From the NCBI GenBank assembly GCA_951406725.2, contig OX597820.1, positions 86,242,001-86,306,000 of the forward strand: a stretch of 64,000 nt of DNA. Reading direction: 5' to 3'. The notes below the pieces were generated by a model that had not been told where the DNA came from, did not search any database, and saw nothing but the letters and a program-made list of their open reading frames with translations. Positions 1 through 10,765 of this stretch are shown here, piece after piece. The first letter of the stretch is position 1. Every line of letters starts with the position of its first letter. Made by a program: the position numbers and the translations under genes. Source of the stretch: Octopus vulgaris (Eukaryota).

Positions 1-411
1 GAATGGAAAAGGTTTTTTGATTCACACGACAAAAGCGGTTTATAATAAACCAAGAGGTTGCAAGTAGCATCCGAGGACCCTTAGGGTACGTCAAAAATTT
101 AAGGTAAAACGTTTGGGGTGGTAGTTATAAAGAAAGTGTAAACAAAAAAAGTATTCGAATAACTTGCGGCTGCAGTAGCTATTAGCAGAAGTGGCGGTGT
201 TGGGGGTAAAGTCTCGAATGTAATTTCTTCCTGGTAGGAATTGGTTGGGTTGAATTATCGATAGCTGTTTGATAGTTATTTGGGAGTGAAGAGAAGACAT
301 TGCAACCTACACATGCACCTTCGTTCCCTAGAGGGAAAGGACTAGATTGGGATTAGTCGTTGCCTACTAGGGGCTCTTACATACCCGGGCAACGCCGGGC
401 TATGCTGCTAG
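1..411 (+). mobile_element. Helitron 3' portion (5' part lies outside the window)
   Basis: GC hairpin CCCGGGC-AAC-GCCGGG at 384-399, then CTAG at 408-411 followed by T: a canonical Helitron 3' terminus. A near-identical end occurs at 59389-59416. Confidence 0.7.
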
Positions 412-437
412 TCTATATATAATACATATCTATATTT

Positions 438-596
438 GAGAGATGAGGAATTATGTACATTATTTACATTTGACGGATATTTGTCCTCATCTTGTTTATT
501 GTTAACACAACGTTTCGGCTGACATACACTCCAGCCTTCATCAGGTGTCATGGGGAAATTTCGAACTTGGGTTCTCATTCCTAAGATATTTTACGA

Positions 597-641
<45 letters not shown>

Positions 642-717
642 GATTCAGGTCACTGCCTGGAATCGAACTCGGAATATTGGGGTTAGTAGCCCGCGCTCTT
701 AACCACTACGCCATATG
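438..717 (-). mobile_element. tRNA-headed SINE-like element with (AAT)n linker and internal hammerhead ribozyme
   Basis: The minus strand reads TGGCGTAGTGGTTAAGAGCGCGGGCTACTAACCCC...GAGTTCGATTCC (A box, B box, tRNA-like), then (AAT)n, then a hammerhead motif and an AT-rich tail. Confidence 0.65.
504..549 (-). ncRNA. Minimal type I hammerhead ribozyme motif
   Basis: Minus strand: GACAC CUGAUGA A GGCUGG aguguaug UCAGCC GAAAC GUU GUGUU. Both core boxes are present, with a 6-bp stem II, a 5-bp stem I and a loopless palindromic stem III (ACGU). Confidence 0.75.
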
Positions 718-1064
718 TCGTAGTGGTTAAGAGCTCCGGCTACTAACCCCAAGATTCGGAGTTCGCTTTTTTTAAATATTGTGAAATCTCTTATGAGAAT
801 GTTCCTAATATTTTTGAGTTTTTTCCTAGTGTGTGAGCGCTCTCGTTAGAACTTATATTATTCAACTACGGTAGTAGTTGAATAATATACTTAATGGAGC
901 TTTTTTGTCGCAGCCGGAGTCCAATTCAGTTCGTCTTAACTTTCAAGAAAAGGGATATTTTTTAATGAAATCCTCTACCAATATACCTCGGACTACGTAG
1001 ATATCGAGGACATAGGCATTAGGGGAGGGGCAACAATTGGGGATTATTTTTTAGAACTGTTCCT

Positions 1065-1471
1065 CACTCGGGAGTTTTTCAAAACACGTCATCCATATTT
1101 GTTTCTTTTTCTCTGTTTTGTGCGTCTATGCATCCGTAGATTTCTACTAAACAAACAAATAGGCAATGAAGGCAGAAAACTCTTTAGAATAAAAGAAACA
1201 CCTAAAGGTCTGGTACACAGAAATATGTAATTAAAACAACTTATCTGTCACATACGATTTCTTTTTTCTCACTTTAAGTCAATTCTCAGGTAAAACATTT
1301 CTAATAGAAAGACAGAAGACACCAGAATCAAATTAAGGAATATACATGCACAGTTAAATATAGAAGTGTAAAGCATAATTTGTTACATAATCTCTATAAA
1401 AAACATGATACTGAATGGAATGATTCCCCAGTTGAACATTTACATTACATATGTGTGTGTGTTTGTGTGTG

Positions 1472-1525
<54 letters not shown>

Positions 1526-1605
1526 TATAAATCTACGGATGCGCAAACGCGCAAAACGGAGATAAAGAAACAAATATGGACGACTTGTTCTGAAATGAAT
1601 TCCTA
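1065..1605. repeat. Diverged inverted repeat pair (~1065-1143 and ~1529-1605)
   Basis: AAATCTACGGATGCGCAAACGCGCAAAACGGAGATAAAGAAACAAATATGGACGAC at 1529 matches the reverse complement of 1088-1143. Confidence 0.7.
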
Positions 1606-2004
1606 TGAATTTTCCAAAATTCCTCCCCATCCTCAACTAAACACCTTTCCCACAAAAGTTTGTATATTCGTAATTTACATGATATAACACATATTCGTAG
1701 AAACTTTCATTAACAAACATCCATTTTTCTGAAAGTTATGATCATCCAAATTCGGGCAGGCAGAAATCTGTAGTTATACCCACTACTGATATAAGAACTA
1801 AACTATTTCTTAGGCGCACACACAACAAAAGATAAAAAAAACAACACAGAGTTCTCATATTTATTTTCATTAGTTTAAACTACTTTTTATAAAAAATGAA
1901 ATTGTTTTGCTCAAATTTTGTAGTATCACTTTTTAAAGTCCATGTGTTAAAGTATTTTCAAAACAAGATTATTTAGTAACATTTTTTTTCTATATTTTTT
2001 TGAT

Positions 2005-2450
2005 TTTGTCTCTATGAGCAGTACTGAATCATGTAGTTATGCTGTTCAGAAAAGGCAAATGACAAAAATTCAAATATTTTAACAGTCAATTTTTACTATT
2101 TTAAAATTTTCAAACATGGAGTTAATTATTTGCATGCTAAAAATGATTTTATTTATAATTTATTTATTAATTTGATAGTAAATAGAATATGACTATTTGT
2201 GGCTTTGCCTCTATGAACAGTACTGAAGTATGGTGTAAGGCTGTTCAGAAAAGGCTAATACTGCTTGTAATTATATTTTATGCAATATTAAACTAATTTA
2301 ATTTATTTAGAATAAAGTCATTTTATTAAATTTGTATCCTCATTTTTTTATTATTTTTAAAATACTTTAAATATATTCATTTGTAACTATGACTCTGTAC
2401 ACTACCGAAATTACAGTACGTAGATTATGTCCAGAAAAGGCAAAGTCGTG
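2005..2450 (+). repeat. Three ~55-bp subrepeats at ~190-200 bp spacing (likely DNA transposon subterminal repeats)
   Basis: CTCTATGA.CAGTACTGAA...GCTGTTCAGAAAAGGC occurs at ~2010 and ~2208, with a diverged copy at ~2392. Confidence 0.6.
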
Positions 2451-2661
2451 ATGAGTATCATTCAATTTTTATTTAATTTCGAAATGAGAATTAGTCAAAT
2501 TTCAAAATAAAAATTTTGAATTTTCTTGGAAATCTTTGAATTCAAAACGACTGCATAAAATGGTAATTTTATATAATTTTACTATATAATTTTTACTATT
2601 ACGGCAATGCCTGTAAAAACACAGGACTAGCCAATGACAAATGCGCACGCATACTAACAAT

Positions 2662-2940
2662 ATTCTTAACAATTAAACTTGGAAAAAAAGGGCAAGAAAA
2701 ATCTCATTAAATTTGGAACTTAAAATATTGCTGCTAAAATTAAAGTTAAATTTTTTTTTAGTAATTCATTTAGTACAAAGAGTAAAATTAAAATAAAAAA
2801 GGAAAAGCGAAACTAAATGAATTTTTTAAAAAATATGAAAAAGTACCTAACAAGTACTTTTCAATTTTAATTTTAGCAGCAATATGTTAAGTTCTAATTT
2901 TAAAGAATCCTCTACTTTTCGAGGTTTAATTGTTAAGAAT
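2662..2940. mobile_element. MITE/fold-back element with ~85-bp inverted arms
   Basis: ATTCTTAACAATTAAAC...AACTTAA.ATATTGCTGCTAAAATTAAA at 2662-2750 is the reverse complement of 2860-2940. Confidence 0.65.
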
Positions 2941-3128
2941 TTTTCAACTCACCCTAATTCCGATAACCATAGCACCTAAGACTTGCCTTGTCTTGACCTA
3001 AACAGCCTTGTCACTTTATTAGTGAACGGCTTGAAATCTGCAAAAGAAAATAAAACATGCAATATTTATACATGCAAGCATATATCAATGCATTCACACA
3101 TGTATTTATAGGGAGTTAGTTAGTTAGT

Positions 3129-3305
<177 letters not shown>

Positions 3306-3542
3306 GCACTCACACATTCGTGAAGGAATGCATGCATACATACATACATGTAAGACTTTCCTAAGATTTAAAGTGTTACTTTGTTTTCGCTATCTACATA
3401 CCAACGATGGAGCTTTGTATCTTTGTCAGAAACCACGACCTCCTCGAAAAGAAGAATTTAAATAATGAAAAACAGTAAGGAAACATACATAAATACGTAC
3501 GTACGTACAAACATACGTACATACATATATACATACATACAT

Positions 3543-3591
<49 letters not shown>

Positions 3592-3630
3592 TAGACATAC
3601 ATACAGACAGACATACATACATATATATAA

Positions 3631-3846
3631 ACGAGGTAGGGCTGCTGAAAATTTCCTGGCTTTAAGGATATCGCGAAAGGCCTGGTTGGAGTCCCAAACT
3701 CCCGAGTTCTACAAGGCTTAGTAAACTGAAGGGCTGTTGCAATAAGTGTGAATCTGAGAAGCAAATATGTTGAATAAAATCTTAATTAACCAATCTTCTT
3801 ATATTGTCTTTTTGCCGAATGCCAGGAACTTTTTAGCATCCCTCGT
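3631..3846 (+). mobile_element. Non-autonomous mariner deletion derivative
   Basis: Inverted ends ACGAGG...TGCTGAAAATTTCCTGGC / GCCAGGAACTTTTTAGCATCCCTCGTA. An internal frameshifted remnant KLKGCCNKC...NLRSKYVE* resembles the mariner transposase C-terminus. Confidence 0.75.
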
Positions 3847-4387
3847 AGATACATAATACATACATACATGAACATGGCGGCGAATTCAGTCATATTCATC
3901 AGAGAACCCTTTTATTTTTGCGTGTGATGAATACTATGCTCAAATTACTTTCCACACAAACCTGGTAAACTTAAGCCGGTTAACTTCTTTTTTAGCGATT
4001 CGTACTGTCAACAACTTCTATTATTTGTGGAGGAAGAACAACAGCCTTTAACGATATAAACACTCAAGAAGTCATGTAGATGACCCGCGAGATTGCTTGT
4101 GGTAGATGTTGCACACGTTCTATTTGTGGTACATTTGAAATCCATTCTTCCCGTTTGTTTAATTTACACATAAAGTCATACTGCTGAATGCCTGTGGAGT
4201 GGATGTACACTCAGTGATAAAGTATCTCACTTAAATCAACTGAAAATGTTGCACCTAGGTTCATGGGCATCTATATGTTTGTGTGTAGAAGAGTGTGTGC
4301 ATGTGCGTATGTGTTTCTGTCTGGGTATGTATGTGTAAGTTTGCGTGTAGGCCAACACGCATATGCGTACACATTACTCAATCTCTC

Positions 4388-4452
<65 letters not shown>

Positions 4453-5639
4453 GTATATATCTACATATGTATGTATATGTGTGTGCATATATATATATAT
4501 AAATATAAATACATATATTATTGTATATATTATTTGTGTATTTACATATATATTATCTATCTTATAGACATATACATCGATAGACATACGTGTATGAATA
4601 TATGTCAATGATGTGTGCGTATGTATATATATATATATGTGTGTGTGTATATATATGGTGTATGTGTGTGTGCGTACGCAAATGTGTATATGTATGTAAA
4701 TATATTCGTATATATTTTCATATGCATGCATATAGAGATATATACAGATACAGAGACGCATAGACTCTATATATGCTACATATTCAAGCATACACATACA
4801 CACACACACAACACGACAGATTCATACAAACATACTTATACACATTACATACATACATACATACATAAATACATACATACATACATACATACATACATAC
4901 ATACATACATACATACATACATACATACATACTTACATACATACATACATACATACGCGTAACATATAAAAGAAATTGGCTGGAAGCATTTCTCATAAAA
5001 TGGCCAACATCAGCTTAGCTGGGGAAATAAATCTGCCGTTCAATAAAAGAAACTTTTATCCTATTAACTGTTAGGAATTTTCCAGCAGGCGACAGACTGC
5101 TCTCTCTAATGTATTTATGTTATTTTCTTTCCTTGTACATTAAATATATTTTACACGGCACATAAACACTTTTCGTTGATGTGAACTTGGTCGTATTGAT
5201 TCATCAATCGCTATTGGCTGCACTTTCTGTTTGTTCTGTCTATCTGTTTGGCGTTTTGTCTGCTCTGTTGACATGGGACAGCCTACAGATTTATGGCCTC
5301 TACCGCTGCACTTAAATGTTGACCACGGAAGAGGTATGTTTGTTATTGTTGGTGTTGTTGCACTTTTCTTTCTTATTTTGTTATTGATGGTCAACGATGT
5401 GTGTGTCTCAACACACACATACGCACACATGCGCGCGCAAGCACATAAGTATGTATATATATCATATACATACATATATACAAATATGAATTATAAGTAT
5501 TTATATATACATCATATATGAATATGTATATATATATATACATGCGCACGCCCACACACATACCTATATATATATGTGTGTGTGTGTGTGTGTATACACG
5601 CATATATATATGTGTGTATATAAGCATATTTTGTGAAAG

Positions 5640-5832
5640 GACGACACCAAAAGTAAACAACGTGAAATACGCAAACAACGAGAGGAAAAATGGAAAACAG
5701 GACAAGTAGCACAAAGAACGACCATTCATTAGTTGTCGGCTGTCTATCTACTCCTCATTTCGATCATTGAACAACAATATCAGTCCTCGAAGACAGTTGT
5801 TCCCATAAATACCAAAAGAAAATGTGGGATTT
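5640..5832. repeat. Fragment of a dispersed repeat family (also at 13018-13525 and 40385-40945)
   Basis: Shared blocks GGACG/AGGAC...AACG, TTCATYAGTTGTC.GCTG, TACTCC.CATTT and TGGGATTT, each starting beside a (TA)n/(TG)n tract. Confidence 0.55.
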
Positions 5833-5858
5833 ATATATATGTGTATGTATATGTATAT

Positions 5859-5945
<87 letters not shown>

Positions 5946-6216
5946 AGTATATAAGATAAGATAAAAGAAGGACAATTAGAAGTTAATCCTTGGTACTGAA
6001 TGATGATAGTTTAATTATGGTTAACATAACAATTATAGTCGCTTCTGTTTATTATGTTTGAGGTAAACTTGCGTTTACCTCGCTCCACGTAATAAACATC
6101 ATAAGATTGATTTGAACTTTGGCAGGTGATCGAAGTTGACATGAGAAAAAAGGGAAAAAGGAAAACGATAAAGGAAAAGGTTCATCTACTTGAAGTATGT
6201 GATATCATTTTAGGAG

Positions 6217-6633
6217 TTAATCCGTTTGTCTGTCCTTGTTTGTCCTCTCTGTGTTTTTCCCTTTGTGGGTAGTAAAGAAATAGGTATTTTGTCTGCGGCT
6301 ACGCTCTGAGTTCAAACTCCGCCGAGGTTGACTTTGCCTTTCATCCTTTCGGGGTCGATAAATTAAGTACCATTTACGCACTGAGGTCGATTTAATCGAC
6401 TTAATCCGTTTGTCTGTCCTTGTTTGTGCCCTCTATGTTTATCCCCTTGTGGGTAATAAAGAAATAGGTATTTCGTCTGCCGCTACGTTCTGAGTTCAAA
6501 TTCCGCCGAGGTCGAATTTGCCTTTCATCCTTTCGGGGTCGATTAAATAAGTACCAGTTATGCACAGGGATCGATGTAATCGACTTAAACCGTTTGTCTG
6601 TCCTTGATTGTCCTCTCTGTGTGGGTAGTAAAG

Positions 6634-6637
<4 letters not shown>
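6217..6637 (+). mobile_element. Tandem array of 5'-truncated tRNA-SINE units (Meta/MESC-like central domain)
   Basis: One tail plus two units of GTATTTCGTCTGCCGCTACGTTCTGAGTTCAAATTCCGCCGAGGTCGA.TTTGCCTTTCATCCTTTCGGGGTCGAT...TTGTGGGTAATAAAGAAAT, with a period of about 184 bp. Confidence 0.85.
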
Positions 6638-6672
<35 letters not shown>

Positions 6673-6921
6673 TATTGACTAGTTTTCTACATACTAAGAC
6701 ACTGATAGTAAAAAAAATGTTCTAAAATCTTTTCCTACCCTGATATTTATTAATTATTGATAAATTTTGGTAAATTTTCGAAGCAATGCCGGCACGTTTT
6801 TTTCCTCTTTTCTTTTTGCTGTCGACAAAAAAACTGTGCTTGCGCGGTGAATTTGAAAACTTATAATATATAAGCACGAGGCATATACTGTATTACCTCG
6901 TATTTATATGTTAATCTTGGC

Positions 6922-6997
6922 GTCTCTGCTGATGAGAGCTCCGCTTAGAAAATTACTTTATTTTCTAATTTAGAGTTCGAAACCATGGTCAAGGAAA
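6922..6997 (+). ncRNA. Type I hammerhead ribozyme motif, stem I decayed
   Basis: CUGAUGA at 6929-6935, stem II GAGCUC...GAGUUC extended by UUAGAAAAU/AUUUUCUAA, then GAAAC CAUG GUC (palindrome ACCAUGGU). Stem I pairing is poor. Confidence 0.65.
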
Positions 6998-7135
6998 TAG
7001 ATGGTAAATGTTTTTATTTTTCATTCCCCTTCGAAATTTATCACTAATAGTGGTTTGGGTTTTGGCTATTCCTTCTAGCATGCTAGTTGTCCTATGATTT
7101 TCACCCCTTATATGTTTAAATGTACATTGTATATT

Positions 7136-8385
7136 AATATACATATGTATATAATTATATTAAGGGATCAATGGAGAAAACGACCAAACTCAACATGCTT
7201 GAAATGCCGATACCTTCAAAAAACTACCAACACTTCCACATAGATAAGCACATGGCTGAAAGCGGGCTAGTGAAAGAATAGTACAAGGCCTCACGTTAAT
7301 TGTGAATGGGTTCCAATTTCTGGATTACAACCAAAATAAGCTTTCTCACTTCGTCAACACACTACACGGGAAAATATAAATACAAATACTTGTACATACC
7401 GTACAAAGCAGGTTCACACACCTACATACAAATATTTGCACGTGTAGAGCCAAGATAAGTCAATTTTAAATCCCCTCACGACAGCCAACGTATATATTAT
7501 GAGAATAGGCATGCAGGAAATGCTATTCCGGTCAGGAGTAAAAATAATTGAATTATTTTATTGTGATTTTATCTATCAATTCATAACAGAATATAAGGAT
7601 AAAAATCACATTAATGATTTTTATCAGGTAGTCACGATGCTATAAAATTTATAGGCAATTTATGCATTAAATGAATAATAATATACATATGTATATAATT
7701 ATATTACGATAGCAAAGGCGGAAACGACCTAACTCCAACATACTTGGAATGCCGATGCTTTCAAAATACTACAAAAAAACTCCAGATAAATATACACAGA
7801 GTGGGCTAGTGAAAGAACATTAAAAAGACCTCACGTTAACTGAGAATGGGTTCCAATTTATGGATTAAAGCCAAAATAAGCTTTCTTCCTTCGTCAACAC
7901 TGTATACAGAGAATATAAATACAAATAATTGTACACACTGTACAAAATAGGTTCACACGTCTACATACAAATATTTTCACGTTTAGATCCAAGATAAGTC
8001 AATTTCAAATGTACAATTATTTGTATTTATATTTCCCCGTGTATTATGTTGAAGAAGGAAGAAAGTTTATTTTTGGCTTTAATTCAGAAATTGGAACCAA
8101 TTCACAATTAACACGAGGCCTTTATAATATTCTTTCACTAGCCCGCTTTCAGCCATGTGTTTATTATCTGGAGTTTTGGTAGTTTTTTTTTTAAGGTTTC
8201 GGCACTTCAAATATGCTAGAGTTATGTCATTTTCGCCTTTGCGCACTTAATATAATTATATGCTTATGTATATATTATTATCAATTTAATGAATAAATTG
8301 CCTATTAATTTTTATAGCATCCTGACTACTTGATAAAAAATCGTTAACGTGGTTTTTTTCCTTATATTCTATTATGAATTAATAT
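7136..8385. repeat. ~544-bp unit: direct tandem copy plus inverted copy
   Basis: 7136-7679 is repeated at 7680-8010 (partial). 8010-8385 is a reverse-complement copy (e.g. GGGCTAGTGAAAGAA / TTCTTTCACTAGCCC). Confidence 0.85.
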
Positions 8386-8396
8386 ATATTTACATA

Positions 8397-8434
<38 letters not shown>

Positions 8435-8515
8435 AACACACACACACATACACACACACACACATATACATATAATACTCTTTAACTGATATACAGATCC
8501 CCAAGATTAAACATA

Positions 8516-8891
8516 TCTAATATAAATGTGAATATCAGTGCGTCACACATTTTCAACTTTACTCCTAGAGACCATAGCCCAACATATACTATTTTTGAAT
8601 CAGGCTGACTCCATGAGTACATTAAAAACATTTCGGGCCGATTCCAGAACTGCAATCTTGAAATGCAGGATTCCAATGTTTTCATTATTGCAATTGTTTT
8701 CGGTGATTTATTTTACATGATTTTTAGAGACGAATATGATCTTCATTGGAATATGACTCTAGAGGAAGCAATTGCAACAAATTCTCAAAAGCAAGTCAGA
8801 GATCTGTTTGAAGGTCTTACCATTCGTGATTAGTTGCTTAAAAATTACATACTAACTTAAAATCTGCCCTATAGGGCGGCTTTTAAGCTAG
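8516..8891 (+). mobile_element. Short non-autonomous Helitron
   Basis: A|TCTAATATAAATGTG 5' end, hairpin GCCCT-ATA-GGGC at ~8866-8877 and CTAG|T at 8888-8892. Confidence 0.65.
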
Positions 8892-9149
8892 TATATAATA
8901 AATGTGAAAACAAATTTCTTTGTGTCAGTGTGTCACACTTCGACCTCCTCTCTCACTATTCATTGACACTCCTACTATTGTTCATGTTGTGGTGAGAGTA
9001 ATAGGCATAGAGAAGGTAGTAGATTCATGGCTGTGACGGTAATGAAATGATAGCAATAGTATGAGCTGCTTATCGGAATATCTGATGAGTTATCATCATT
9101 ATTGACAATAGAAACATACATATCGTCCTGAAAACATTTAACGATACAT

Positions 9150-10330
9150 GTGAATTTGTCTTAGCCACTCAATTTTAACATAATATTTTACAGGTGTTAG
9201 TGATTTATAATATGGAATGCCGAGATATGACTACCAATTGTGGGCTGCGGATATTAGTTCAGTTTTGGCATTTCTCCTCTAGTTTTACCGTAGCAAATGT
9301 AATGCCTACATCCTTATTTCGCACCTGGAAACTATATTGGCTTCCCGTGAGTAGACCAATCTCAAGTTGAACGTTGGCAAGTCTTTTCAATAATACTAAA
9401 GCTAGGAAAAGTTACTGTGGTTAACGTAAGACACACCTTTTCTTTTTGAATATGTGTATATGGGTCATAATAGCAGCATTGAATATTAGTGGGAGTTTAT
9501 ATACTTTCAAGACTAGAATTATCTTTTGCTGCAGAATGGGTTATCTAATATTTTAAATATCTGATGTTATGGCATCTGATCCAAGAGCTTAGCCGCAAAA
9601 TATCTGCTTAATGGCTTTTCACATTTGTAAGTCAGTGTAATGATAGACTAGTTCGGAATCTTGAGAAAATGAGATTGTAGCCTTATTAATAATTAATAAC
9701 TGGTTGAGCTTTTCTGCCGAACTTTCTCTATGCTGATATGCTCCCTAAGCTGATAAGTGTTGAACTATTAATTCCTGAGAATCGAGAACCATACACAGCG
9801 TTCAAAAAGTCATATAACGTTTTCGAGTTATGTTAATTCACAAATTGCTAACAAAGTTTAGTTGAGCATTTTCCCCTTTCATACAGTAGGTAATTACCTT
9901 GATTACCTACATTCATAATTTAGGCAAACAAGAGCTCGTACTTCACTCTGAGAAGTTTTTTTAATCAAGTCGTCATTGACTTCTCTCTCTCCAACTTTCG
10001 TGTCACATCATTGTTGAATCCAATAGATAGAAAGCTGTTTCACAACTGCTCTCTTAGGACTATACTTCTGGAGCACTTTTTTCATTAAACAGATTACTGG
10101 ACAACTTAGGGTTAAGGCCATTGGCAAACGTACCAGGAGTATCTCCTGATGTCAAATTTTGAAGTGCTGTGTCCACCGAGCGGATTTTTACTTCGTAGTC
10201 TTCTCTTTGGCCTCATGAACAAGACAATTGCTGATATCACTAATTTGTTATCGATCCAGGGTTCTACTATTCTTAAAATCTCTGATAAACAAGACATCTT
10301 ATGTATCCGTCAAATATTATAGGCTGATAC
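9150..10330 (-). pseudogene. Heavily decayed PIF1-type helicase region of a Helitron RepHel
   Basis: Frameshifted motifs appear in the expected order on the minus strand: LRSKNPLGG...DIR(Q)ILLV (GDFRQILPV-like), LSIG, DFLNAVYG, CHNIRY (CNGTR-like) and THG...SRVR (SHGQLYVA.SRV-like). Confidence 0.55.
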
Positions 10331-10689
10331 ATAGAATTACTTAGATTTGTAATGTATCCATATTGTCTTGTTACGGTATGGATGTTGGAATATAGTATTA
10401 GCAATAAAAAGAAAATATGTGATACAGATTTAGAAGAGAAAGGGGAGAGCGATGACGAAAAGGAGATCGTTACATTTTCATTTCACTGTACCATTCCCGC
10501 GCAGCACACATTCTCGAGTTTGAAATTATGTGCCCACTCTTCCAATAAAGAGATCTCAGATGACTGATTGACTTCAAGTAACTAGAAATGGGCTGGTTCA
10601 ATTTTTCATACGATTTGTTCTTGCTCTCTTCGTGGAGAATTACATCCAGTGGATTAAATCATATACTAGACACATAGCTTTTATCTTTC

Positions 10690-10765
10690 GTTTTTTACTT
10701 CTTTCTGTCATTAGACTGCGGCCATGCTGGTGCATCACCTTAAATTACTCTTAGTAGAATAAATC
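10690..10765 (-). mobile_element. 3' fragment of CORE-like tRNA SINE
   Basis: GTCATTAGACTGCGGCCATGCTGGTGCATCACCTT matches the 19040-19085 segment of the full copy. Confidence 0.65.

Noticed and set aside
647-717. Functional tRNA gene
   Set aside because: The acceptor stem cannot be formed and the sequence is embedded in a repeat unit, so it is treated as a SINE head.
3885-3915. CUGAUGA on the minus strand (similar isolated hits at ~43043, ~48811 and ~60433)
   Set aside because: No stem II plus GAAA arrangement follows.
6217-6637. CRISPR-like or satellite array
   Set aside because: The units are SINE bodies without unique spacers, in a eukaryotic context with no cas genes.
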